Position numbers and translations under genes: made by a program
Assembly: GCA_977862235.1 (NCBI GenBank)
Contig: OZ374557.1
Coordinates: 3,348,001 to 3,412,000, forward strand
Direction: 5' to 3'
DNA: 64,000 bases
Source: Dudresnaya verticillata
Lineage: Eukaryota
Shown: one piece after another, positions 47,680-58,621 of the stretch
Layout: each line of letters starts with the position of its first letter
Numbering within the stretch: the first letter of the stretch is position 1
Notes under the pieces: generated by a model
What the model saw: only the letters and a program-made list of their open reading frames with translations
The model's database searches: none
What the model was told of the DNA's origin: nothing

Positions 47680-50408
47680 TTACTTACACTGCATTCCGCG
47701 GGCGCTCTGCTGGTGGAGCCAAGTCAGCCTCCGTATCCTCCTCTTTGGCCGCACTCTCCTCCGAGTTGGGAATGTCCTCACCATACACCCTTGCATTGTG
47801 AGTCTCCTCCCGGTGTCTGTCATGCGACGACGCAAAGCGCGAATAGTACGCCGTAGGCGCACCAGACGCCCGATCCACAGCACTGCGGTGTTAATGGCCT
47901 CGTTCGCAGACGTTGGAAGAGGCACACCCGCGTCTCTACACCCTTCGTGGAGTCACTGCAGGGCAGGCCCATCGACGCGCAACTCCGCTTCAGTCCAACT
48001 CGCCATCTCCTTCGGGGTACCCTCCTCTTGCTTCACCGTCACGGGGTCGATATTACGTGGTGGCCCTCCACCTGGACCCGCAGCGGGCACAAACATCACG
48101 GAGTCACTCGACGCAGGCCACACCGGCTTGGCAACTTCGCTCCGATTCGGTACAGCAGTCTTCACTGCTATTCCAAGCCGTGTGGTCGCTAGTGCCTCCA
48201 CTTGGTCGGTTCCCTCCGGTGTCGTGTCCTCTCCCACTTCGGAATCTTCCTGTTCCCCGACGGGACCCAACTTAGCCGCTACTGCAGCTACTACCGTAGG
48301 CTTCTGACCAACTACCGCTACGGCATTCGCCGCTTTGTCCAACTTGGTGTTCTTGCTGATCCCCGGCGAGACTGCCGGTTTCAAAGCCCCGATCGGTGTG
48401 GACGTTGCGGCCACCCCCGACGAACCTTCCTGCGTCTCGATCTCCGCTCCTACAGGAGGAGACTCCGCTACGGTCTTCTTGGGAGACGAGGTCGTGCGGT
48501 CGCCCCACACCTTTACGGCTTCTCCACTAGGGGATTCTCTTGGAACGAAGACCCTGGGGTCCCCGCGCACCCTCTCGATCTCGTTATCCCCCACTGGTGT
48601 AATCTCGTCAGCGGGCGGACTGTCAAGGCGCCCCTGTTGATGCTGCACACCGGATGGAGTACCCCACTCGCGTGACGGCGAAGCCCTTGATGGCCCCTCC
48701 GTCATGGGGTAGAACTTCGAGCGGGAGGGCATCGCGTGCCAGCTCGACATCTTCTCGTCGATCAACCACACCGGCTCGGGGTCTTCTTCCGATAGGAAAT
48801 ACACCATACCACACCCGCGGTTGAGTGGCGGCACCGACAACACGCGGTCGTCATCCCAATGATAGCCGATGAACCCTGGCGTTCGCTCCCAGTTGATGTT
48901 TGCGTAGACCGCTAAGAGACGCTCAACACGCGCCAAGGGGTATTCGGTCCCCTCAACCAACCGGGCTACTCCAACTTGGTGTAGAAGGGTAACTACCGGC
49001 TCTGGTAGCTTGAATATGCGCCCGCACTCGCCACCTTCCGGGTCCGTTCTGCTCCGCGGGTACGCCCTCCAGTCGGTCATCTTGGTGTTGGCTCTTACAC
49101 CCCGGTAGGTGACCTGTAACTAAGAGAAAAGGACTAACATTGCCCATTCCGCTCGGAGTATCCGACCCAACACCGTCATCAGCGGATGGTCAACTGACTT
49201 CTCTCCGCCTGGGTAAACAGCTTTCCAGTCGCGATCCTGAATGAACCGATTGGAGAAGTATGCCACCACCGTCGAAGTTGGCACTGACAACCAACGGGTG
49301 ACTTCGTACTCAGCCCTCCAATCTGGAGCGGTGCTTACAATCGCCGATGCGCCCCCGGCGGCACCTGGAAGAATTCGTTCGTGTTCCAAGTGTGGAGTAT
49401 CGCCCTTCCGAGGTGGCGCCCATCTCTACTCAGCAACCGGAGCCGATGCTCTTTCGCTGTGTCATCAGCCCACCGTTGCGGATTCCCAAACTAGTGGACG
49501 CCTTGGTCGTACGGCTTCTCGTAGCAAAGGAAATCGACACCAACCGGATGATCTCGCAGTCGGTGGGCCATCGCCAGCAATCGATACACCTTATCGGGAT
49601 AGCCCTCTTCTTCCTGACACCTCAACCACACGATGTCACAACCGGTTGGAGTTCGCACTCTACAATTTGAGTGAATCCACCTGGCTCTCCACATCTCCTC
49701 ACGCCGATTCGGGAACCACTTGTCATTGATTAACCCACCGCAGTCTGTGACGGAGCTGTAGCGACGCCCCTCGAGGGTGCCACCATAGTTGGAAACGAAC
49801 ACCGATACAGGCATGGGGAGACGCACCATATCGCGCTCCTCTTCGGTACGCTGACGCCGCCCGGTGCGGTCATCATATTCCTGGCCAGGCCAAGTTCCCT
49901 TATCGGTGTATCCCGTCGAGTCCACACGCCCATGGTAACTCCCCTGAATCCCCGGCGCGTATGGCAGTGAACCCGACGGTACGCCGCCTACACACATGTG
50001 GAGTGGGGGTGAGGTGACTCCACCTTCAACCTGCCCAACCTGGAGACCCTGCGCATATGCCTCATATCGCCCATGCGGAGTTGCGCGACGATAGCCACAG
50101 AGCTCCATCTCGGTGTTGCCTTTTGAAGGACCGGTCCGTTGTGCCCCCGGCCCCACCTGGCGATCCGGAAGCGGAGTGGGCGTCTGTAGAGCCTCGCCGT
50201 CATCGCGCCGTCGCGGCACCCGCGGGCTACCCGCACGTGCTGGCAGCGTCGGCGTTGCGCTCGTTGCCGCCGCAACTCCCGCTATGGTGTCCGCGAGCCC
50301 ACCGCCTTCTCCCTCTTCTGCCTCCAGCGCCGGAGCCGCCCCCACCGAATATGTACGCCGTGTCGGTTGGAAGGGGCTCCGTGCGCGGTCGGTGTTACCG
50401 CCCGCCAT
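47680..50408 (-). pseudogene. Antisense accessory ORF of family G, disrupted
   Basis: SPFQPTRR, YEVTRWLSVPT, EWAMLVLFS, CGRIFKLP and WDDDRVLSVPPL are shared with family A. Confidence 0.87.
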
Positions 50409-50564
50409 CGCTAGCGGTACACCGATTTGGACTTGCACGTTGGTCGACTTGCCCGAAGTGGAGTGTACTGATGAGGTTCGCCCCGTTGTTGGATACACCT
50501 GAGTGGATTTGTAGAAGACGTGCTGTGGCGCACGAGAACGTGTCGCCATTTAAGGAGGGGGGTC

Positions 50565-51250
50565 TGTGGTGAAGTGGTCGTTTCGGAGAGTGGACGGCGG
50601 GCGAGCCGACGCGCGACTGTCGATAACCCGCGCTCTGCGAAGCGCGCGCCAAAAGCCGAAGCGGGAGTGCAGCGACACAGTAGCACTGTATGCCCTGCTG
50701 GAGTTTGCGCGCACCACCAATAGGAGCCAAGTAGTTGGTTTATTTGTAATTAGGAAATTGTAATGATGCTGTACAGTACGTACTGTCAGCCGGCCAATGA
50801 GAATGCCGAGCATGTCCGCAACGGTGACGGGGACCAGTAGGGCCGGACCCACCTGGTGGACCAGACCCATTGGGCTCTGGCCCACACGGACCGGACCGCG
50901 GGGCGTATCTCCCAATATATTAATGGATGGCCACCGCGAGTCCTACAGTAAACGGGTACCCAACCCTGGGCAAAGTGACTTACCCTAAGCCTTACCCTCA
51001 TACTCCATTACGGTTTCCCCTCGCCAGCCCCGTGCACGGATTCGTCTTGCCTCCGTCCCGGTGTAGCTTCCCTGGCAGTGTACCGTCCCCCTTGTCTGTT
51101 GCGTCCCATTACTCCTTACCGGTGTTGCCGCTCGAGGTACTCCCTTCGGTCTACGAACTAAGCTCTACCACCCCGGTGCCGCGTGAGATCACTCCTTATT
51201 GGGATTGCCTGATCAGTTCTCCTTACAGGTCTGCCTTTCACTACACCACA
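50565..51250 (+). repeat. 3' LTR, family G (686 bp)
   Basis: TGTGGTGAAGTG...CACTACACCACA ends as in family A; diverged interior. Confidence 0.9.
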
Positions 51251-52755
51251 CCCGTCGAGACAGGACACCCGATGTCGGATGGGCGTACGATGATTTGCCG
51301 CCACGCGGACGTCGCGACACGGGCGTTTTGTTAGCGGTTTCACCTGTCCTCAACGGGCCGTTTGGGACATCCACTCTCCGTCCGCCGCAACTAGGCCAAT
51401 GGAAACAGCCTTGCTGGCTTCGCGGGTCTCTCAGCTTTAGAGAGGGGGACGCGTGGTGAAATGAGCCGCCAGGGGCTGCCAGCACGTACACGTGTTTTGC
51501 GCCTGTAACGCGCGGGTAATATTGCGCCTGGGATGCGCCTGTAATGCGCTGCAGGTACTGGTGCGCTGTAAGGACCAATGTATTACTGGCCACTCTGTAT
51601 GGAATTGCTGGGAACAGCACGACGCCAATGAGATGGATGGCCATGATTGGTTGATTTATCATGGCCTTACGCGTAGGAGCGCGCACGAGTCATGAGCAGC
51701 TGACGTGCGCAGGGCGGAGTACGACCGCTCCCTACCTCATTGTATTTATTAACGCTAACTACGATAGCTTAGAATAGGAATAGCGGCGAAGGGGCTTTCG
51801 GCCTTCGCCATATTTATTGCGCCCCTGACTAGCAAGGGTCTTCTGAATAGAACCCTACGGTGGCTTTGGGGTCTGTGCCCCTTTCTTTGGTCTTCACGAG
51901 CTCACCGTACTCCCCCTTCTAGGTGCTTTACAAGCTATAGCCTCGTGTAGTAGAATGGCCCTCGGCCAGGTAGTCAGCGATAGAACGGCGCGACAGCTGC
52001 CCTGGGGACAAATACTCACGGTGGGCGGTAGCGCAAAGGAAAAGGAAAAAGGGGTGTGGTAGAGACTTGTAGTGGGTGTAATATTCAGAAACAAAGAAAA
52101 GGGAAGGCGAACCCTGCAGCGTAAAGCAATCGTCGTACACGATACGGCTTGTAGACGCCCAAGACAAGGGAACAACGGTGGCACCGTAGGAAGACCAGAG
52201 AATGAGTACAGCCCAAAGCACACACCGCTGCTGGTTTAGTGCGGGTCCCTGCTACTCAGGGGCCCAATAAATACGACGGGAAGCCGGAAATGCTACTCAC
52301 TCTAAGTTAGAGTTATAATACTGACAGTTACCTAATACTGTACACTAAAGGTGAATTACAATCCAATGACAGGAATGAGTGGTAGTACCACTTCGAGGGA
52401 CAGGCGTACTGCTTTCTGGCGCGCGATGCGAAAAATATGGGTGACCATGATTAATCACCCAATGGGACTCGGCCATCTCAACCATCGCACCCTCGGGTGC
52501 CTCACGCCTTACAGGTGTCGTCTGTACATGTGTATGCTTACAGCGCTCGGACGCTCATTATTCCACACCTCGTACGGCTTTGTACTCTGGGAGTACTCTG
52601 TACTCCCTTTCTTTCAGGCACGCCTGCCTTTTTCCTTTTCCCTCAAGTCTCTACCAACTCCCCATTTTGAGCTACCCCGTTAGGTTGTGTGCACGCACGG
52701 GACAGCTGTCCTTGCCGTTTAGCGGGCTACTGGCTCGTCGCGCCATACTACTACA
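51251..52755 (+). mobile_element. 3' end of a family D element: PPT (51439-51449) and LTR 51452-52755, interrupted by a solo LTR
   Basis: AGAGAGGGGGA tract; LTR homologous to 38316-39007; terminal TG changed to CG. Confidence 0.85.
51946..52567 (-). repeat. Solo LTR, family H (622 bp), inside the family D LTR
   Basis: TG...CA ends; TSD CCTCG on both sides; strand inferred. Confidence 0.9.
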
Positions 52756-53253
52756 AATTGCTCTGAACGGCTCCATCAGGGATGTAGGCGTGGGCGTTGG
52801 GCAAGGAGACGGGTTTCGCTTTGTGAAATGCGGGCGAAAGATACCCTGCTGTATAGATATGATATGACCTACCCCTGTAGCCGATTCTGATTGGCCTGGA
52901 ACGTATTGTAGCCAGTACAAAGAGCGCTGTACTGTCTTTTTCAGCACGAGAAATGAGGCCATTACACAGGTTTTCAGATAAATTGCGATTATTGTTGCGG
53001 GCGCACGGCGCAGAAGGCGGTTGAGACAGCGGTATAGTTTTGTCCGCCAGCGGTACATCCACATGTTTGCGCGTGGTGGATTTACGTAAGTCTAGATGAG
53101 TGAAACGGCCTCAGGCTGAAACGCAGACTAACGCGCTTTTCTATAGCAGCAGCCGGCCCAACCTCTCTATGAGAATGGACTGATGTCTACCTGTGTTAAC
53201 ACAAGCGTCAAGCCATCACTACGGCTCCTTAACCACGGTCATTGCGACACCAG

Positions 53254-56200
53254 ATGGCAAGCCCTAGTACAGAACCAATGTCTGCACAAGTACCCACCCC
53301 GGCACTGGATCATTCGCGGCTTGAGCTGGAATTGTCGACACACACGCGCATCGGAGTAGGAGTCCACGGAACTGTGCACTTCGCTCACTATTTCGGTGAG
53401 CCCGTTGCAGTGAAGCACATCCCGCTACCGCGACTGCCCGGGGCCCTCTCGAACGACCCATACATCCGGTCACGAAGGACAGAAGCCTTGCATCGTTTCG
53501 TGTGTGATATCCAGCAGTATGAAACAGTCTCCCATCCCGGTATTGTCCGTTTTCTCGGTGTTACAGCTGTGCGGGATGCTAGTGCTGCCCTCCTACTCTC
53601 GGAGCTGATGTATGGGGGTTCGCTTGCAGACGCACTTCATGCGCTTCGCCAGGCACGCAAACCCATGAAGATGTCGAGCATTGCTCAGATAGCTTTACAG
53701 GCATGCGGTGGCTTGCGGGCGTTGCATTCTGCGGGATGCATATGGGGAGATGCTAAACCAGAAAACGTTCTCCTGTCAGACTGTATCGATTCGTCCGGAG
53801 GTTTCCCCGCCACAGCTGAAGCGCGAATATCAAACATTGGCCTTTGCGGTGCTGTTGAGCGGTACTTGCTCTCCGACACAACCGCCGGTGCGTCCGACCA
53901 GCCTCTCGGTTCATACAATTATGCGGCCCCGGAAACCTTCCGCAGCCTTGGCGCATCCAAGACTACGAAGGCCGTAGACATGTTTTCATTCGGGCTTGTG
54001 TTGTACGAAACTATCACGCTTCGTATACCATGGAGGCGTCGCCAGCTGACAGAGGTTTGCGAGCTTTTGTCTTCCGGGAAACGACCAGCCTGGCCTTGCG
54101 CAGGCGACGAGGACTACTATGGTCCGTTGCCAAGTGAGCTAATCTCAGCTGTGGAAAGCTGTTGGGCTCAGGACCCCTACATGCGCCCGAGCATAGACGT
54201 TGTGTTCGCAACTCTCGAGAAATTCAGCAACCGTGTCAACCATGAGCCTGAGCAGGGCTCAATTTCAGGCTCTCTCGGCCGCTCCCCAACCCCACAAACA
54301 GGTCTTGCTCAGATTGGTACTGTAAATATGCATCTTATTCAGTGCATGTGCTCCAAGGATTCAAGCACTTCGACCGCTATAGCAATTGGTGAGTCCGTTT
54401 CGATCGACTTGCCATGTTCAGGATCGGATTCTAGTGCCTTGAGTAGCTCCGTGGGAGGGTTAGTAAGCACAAGAGAAAGTTTCCGTGATTGCGGGCAGAA
54501 TGACTATGATAGTGAGCTGTACGACACTGAGATGGAACTTAAGGTGCCTCGTAGTAGCGAGCCAAAAGTAAGCCCTGTAACCTCACCTGAGCGGTGCTCA
54601 TTGAACTTCGCAGCCGATGCTAGGGTCACTCGAGGTATTTCAAGTGGATCTGAGGCTAAGCCGGTGGCTGTGTGGAGAGCAGTTGATGCGATTTCGAATG
54701 GCCGGTCACGGGATATCTTGACCCGTGAGATCTCGCTCACAGAGGTGAAACCAGATCGGACTTCGTACGTTCCGCAAACTAGAGTAGAAAGCCCCACTGG
54801 GATGCAAGGTAGGCGCGAACTCCTCTTAGGCTTAGCGCTACCTGGCGAACCTGTCACTCGGGTGGAAGATAAGCAACTTATGAATACCGTATCAAGCTCA
54901 CAAGCTCGCTGCAGCAGGGACAACCTTTCAACAGCAGATATTTGTTGTCATGTTACGTGCCCCTTAAAGGTGGAGGCTTCTCAGATACATACATGCCATT
55001 TGGCTTCGGAGCTGGCCAAGAGAACCAATTCTTGGTGTTTTGAAGGGACTAGTGTCACAGAACTCTCGTTAAACCGATCGCTCACAGCACCGGCATTACG
55101 TAGAACTGACCGAGAGCCTAAGCACATCAATAGAGCATCAGCATGTCTTGAACAGAGGGCGAATAATACTGGCAAACGGCGAGTGCAGCAATCAACCAAA
55201 GAGAAATCGGAAGAAGCCACAATGAAGGCCATGGCGTCTGCACGCTCCAGTGGAAACTTTTCTTTAATTCTTGAAGAAATGAAGAAGAATCGGAACTCAC
55301 CTAGCATTGCTCGTACTGGCACAGTGTACTTGGACGCGTGCTGTAGCAACGAAGAGTTGTACTACAATTTCTGTGAAGAAGGCGGTCTTGAAGAAATTTT
55401 GTCATCAGCGGTGCAATTTGGAAAGAGTGATTCGGCTCTCTGTTGCAGCTTTTGCAGCTGCATCACATCCCTAGCTACGCATTATGACAGCAAGGTGGGA
55501 CATCTTCTCAGGGCTTTGGGGGCACCAGTAGTGATTATCGAAGTGCTTGGCTACCACAGAACTGTCGTCGAGGTACAAACAGCTGGCTGTAATTCTTTGG
55601 CTGCGATTGCTAGACATTCTGAGTTGTCAAGATCAGCAGTTGCCACCCTCGGGGGTCCAAGTGCTGTTTACAAGGCACTGACACAAAACAATGTGTGCTT
55701 TCGTGACATTGAGCTCGCTCGTTCGGCCTTGAAGGCCATCCATTGCATTGCACAAGACAATGAGCTTGCTGCGCAGTATCTCGTAGACGTTGTTGCATTA
55801 GATGCAGTGTCGCGATCAGCTCACGTATTTCCTGATGCTGGATTAGAACGTGATATTCTTCTTGCACTTCAGTCGTTCACGTTTTACAATGGCGGGCGGC
55901 GCAATGTAATAATGAGCTCTGGGCTGAAGGCTGTTACTGAAATCATGCTAAGGAACAGGGAACCGGGCTTTCTCGTGAGCTGTTGCACTTTTGTCCGGGA
56001 AGTCGCTCAGTGGCGGGACATCGAATGTGAGGAGGCTATGCTCCGGTCTTGCATCGCTGAAAGAATAACTGCGCTAATGGAGCATACAAACCTTTACGGG
56101 GAGGAAAGCGCTCGAGTATCGTGGTACGCTTGCCAAGCATGCATCTTCCTTGCTTCTTTCGGGACCAGGTCGCGAGAACGACTGCGTCTTGTTGGTGCCG

Positions 56201-56574
56201 TTGACAAAGCTGTCAGTCTTCTCCGTTTTCGCAAAGAAAACGCCCGTGTTGTGAAATGTGCGACCGACGCGTTACGGGAATTAACAAAGGGGGAACTTGC
56301 AGCAATAATCCACGCTAAGCGTTGTGGAGCTGTTTCCGTGTTGTCAGCAGCACTAGACTTGCATGCGCACAACTTGCGTGTGCGAAACTCTCTCCAATCG
56401 ACGATTGATTGTTTGTTGACAGCACCTAGTCACAGTCCAAAACGCAACAACCCGGATCACAATTTACTACCATCAGGGCGCGCCAAGATCGGATCAATCC
56501 TAGGCGGGAACGACAAAGGCGGAAGGCCTCGCCGTGGTTTTGGGGGCTTCATGTTCTGGCAGAACGCTATCTGA
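53254..56574 (+). CDS. TKL-like protein kinase domain (degenerate) with C-terminal ARM-like repeats
   Basis: IGVGVHGTV, VAVK, GDAKPENVLL, YAAPE, DMFSFG; helical repeats such as VQTAGCNSLAAIA. Confidence 0.85.
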   Translation: MASPSTEPMSAQVPTPALDHSRLELELSTHTRIGVGVHGTVHFAHYFGEPVAVKHIPLPRLPGALSNDPYIRSRRTEALHRFVCDIQQYETVSHPGIVRFLGVTAVRDASAALLLSELMYGGSLADALHALRQARKPMKMSSIAQIALQACGGLRALHSAGCIWGDAKPENVLLSDCIDSSGGFPATAEARISNIGLCGAVERYLLSDTTAGASDQPLGSYNYAAPETFRSLGASKTTKAVDMFSFGLVLYETITLRIPWRRRQLTEVCELLSSGKRPAWPCAGDEDYYGPLPSELISAVESCWAQDPYMRPSIDVVFATLEKFSNRVNHEPEQGSISGSLGRSPTPQTGLAQIGTVNMHLIQCMCSKDSSTSTAIAIGESVSIDLPCSGSDSSALSSSVGGLVSTRESFRDCGQNDYDSELYDTEMELKVPRSSEPKVSPVTSPERCSLNFAADARVTRGISSGSEAKPVAVWRAVDAISNGRSRDILTREISLTEVKPDRTSYVPQTRVESPTGMQGRRELLLGLALPGEPVTRVEDKQLMNTVSSSQARCSRDNLSTADICCHVTCPLKVEASQIHTCHLASELAKRTNSWCFEGTSVTELSLNRSLTAPALRRTDREPKHINRASACLEQRANNTGKRRVQQSTKEKSEEATMKAMASARSSGNFSLILEEMKKNRNSPSIARTGTVYLDACCSNEELYYNFCEEGGLEEILSSAVQFGKSDSALCCSFCSCITSLATHYDSKVGHLLRALGAPVVIIEVLGYHRTVVEVQTAGCNSLAAIARHSELSRSAVATLGGPSAVYKALTQNNVCFRDIELARSALKAIHCIAQDNELAAQYLVDVVALDAVSRSAHVFPDAGLERDILLALQSFTFYNGGRRNVIMSSGLKAVTEIMLRNREPGFLVSCCTFVREVAQWRDIECEEAMLRSCIAERITALMEHTNLYGEESARVSWYACQACIFLASFGTRSRERLRLVGAVDKAVSLLRFRKENARVVKCATDALRELTKGELAAIIHAKRCGAVSVLSAALDLHAHNLRVRNSLQSTIDCLLTAPSHSPKRNNPDHNLLPSGRAKIGSILGGNDKGGRPRRGFGGFMFWQNAI

Positions 56575-57088
56575 CCTTTTCCCATGTTAACGTACATCTC
56601 CGGGGGCTGGCGTGTTGGATTCTAGCTGAACTCTACCATGTGATGTGATGTGAAGTCCCACGAAATGTCCCCATCCGTTTGAGAAGCGTGTTTGGTTTGT
56701 AGAGAAGCTTTCGCTGTTGGAGACTTGGGATTTTACGGTAGAATCGAATGATGAGGGAGACAGATGGTTGAGGGCTGACTGCAATAGAGGAATTCGGAGG
56801 GGACGAAACATTAGGCACGTACATCACTTATCATAACTCGACCGTCGGGCATAGGAGCGCCCAGACACAGCTAGGGTTGGAGCGGAAATAGGACGTGCGG
56901 CCTAGAAGTAATCAGAAAATAGCTGAAGGGTGATGGGACGTGCGGCCTAAAAGTAATTACAATAAACCTCCTCGAAACCTGCGCCCGCGACCGTCTGCCG
57001 CAGCCCCCCAGCCCCCCCCCCTGGAATACGCATTACAGCTCTTGCTGCAAAAGTCACTGCAGTCGAGGTCACGCAGCGTGACATTGGT

Positions 57089-57580
57089 CATGCAGAAACC
57101 CACAAATGTACATTCACAGACAATGATGCCGGCGAAATCATACCCACAGGCCTCGCAGAACGCAATTATTAGTTTACACTGCACTTGCAAGCCCTTTCCA
57201 TATACTATTTCATAGACATGAAGACTCCAAACACGTTTTCACAACCAGCTTCCCCTGCAATTTGACTACTCTGGAGATATGCTCCCTGAAAAACCTTTCT
57301 CATACTCAACAGTACTACAAACGCGTTTTACATTTTTCATGCAGAAACCCACAAATATGTATTCACACCCAACATTGCTTGCGAAATCACATCTACAGGT
57401 CCCTCAGGCCACTATTATCAGTTTAGAATGCGCTTGTACATCCTTTGCATATACTATTTCATAGACATGAAGACTCCGAACACGTTTTCACAACGGACGT
57501 CCCCCGCAATTTGATTTCTCTGGATACATACCGCCTGAAAAACCTTTCCCATACTCAACAATTCTATAAACGCGTTTTAT
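57089..57580. repeat. Diverged tandem duplication, ~250-bp unit x2
   Basis: CATGCAGAAACCCACAAAT at 57089 and 57338; ATATACTATTTCATAGACATGAAGACTCC in both. Confidence 0.9.
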
Positions 57581-58621
57581 ATGCCTTTGGTAGCAAATCA
57601 TTATGTTGAAGCGCTACAGCGGCCCAAATACAGCTTTCACAGTTAAAAGTGTCCTCAGAAGATATTTCACAGAAAATATGGCTTTCAAAATGCTTAATGC
57701 AGTCCCTATGTGTTATATATGCGGTTCTATTGCTTTGAAACTATGAAAACACGTATTGCTGGCCTTTCCGTGACGTACATGTCTTGCCGCGCGAGGTTAC
57801 AGTGGTCTATGAACACATAATAAGAGCTGTAAGGTACCCTTAATATATTTACTGAACGAGTAGATCAATATGTTTCTTTCAATGTCCGATTTGTCTGTAA
57901 AAACCTGTTTTGAAGAAGGATATTTCCAAAAGCATTCCATAAACAGCACCGTACCGAGAGACATCTTCTTTTTGTACCTGTTACTAGCTTATAATGATAT
58001 TTTACAGCTGCTCCATTCTTGTTATACATTTCTCGGACAGATATTGCATAAAATATTCGTCTTGCACTAGTTGTTTCCCTACTTATGGTTCTGATACGTA
58101 GCATATCGCCATCATGGATAGCACCATTCTATTATTCCGAGATCTTTGATCCGCCTGAAAAGGAGGTATTTCATACAATTCGAATGATAAGATATCTTTC
58201 AGTATGTCATGGGTCTGTAGAAATCCTTTTACAATACATTTTGGCTGTAAACGTATTGTTCACAAGCACAAGTGGCAGTGAAGCAGGTATCATAGACACC
58301 TTTTAGAAGAATGGGAGCAGGCAGATAGCATGCCTGCCTGCAGGCAATGCATCACTGTTCAATACGAGTTTCTTCAATTATCATTTATAACTGAACACTA
58401 TACGCCACTGAACAGAAATCAAATACTAGGGGATTGCTTCGAGGCTAACGAGAAGCGATCTCATAATAAGTTGCGTGATTACTATCTCTGTCGCTTGCCA
58501 AGCTTGCCAGCTATCTTTACTTCTTCGAAGTGTCTTCTTTGTTCTCCCTGAACTTCTCTATTTCCTCCTTCGCATAACTTCTGACTTTCGAAGCCATCGA
58601 CGAAACGAAGTCGTATCCAAA

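Larger units (their letters stand above)
47189..51250 (+). mobile_element. 3' fragment of a Ty3/gypsy element, family G (sister of A)
   Basis: Chromodomain tail QDAYEPAEELPQNFIHHYW; antisense ORF; PPT context CCATTTAAGGAGGGGGGTC identical to family A; LTR 50565-51250. Confidence 0.9.

Noticed and set aside
46431..52755. One element bounded by TGTAG...CTACA
   Set aside because: Flanks differ (CCTCC vs AATTG); the block resolves into separate C, G, D and H pieces
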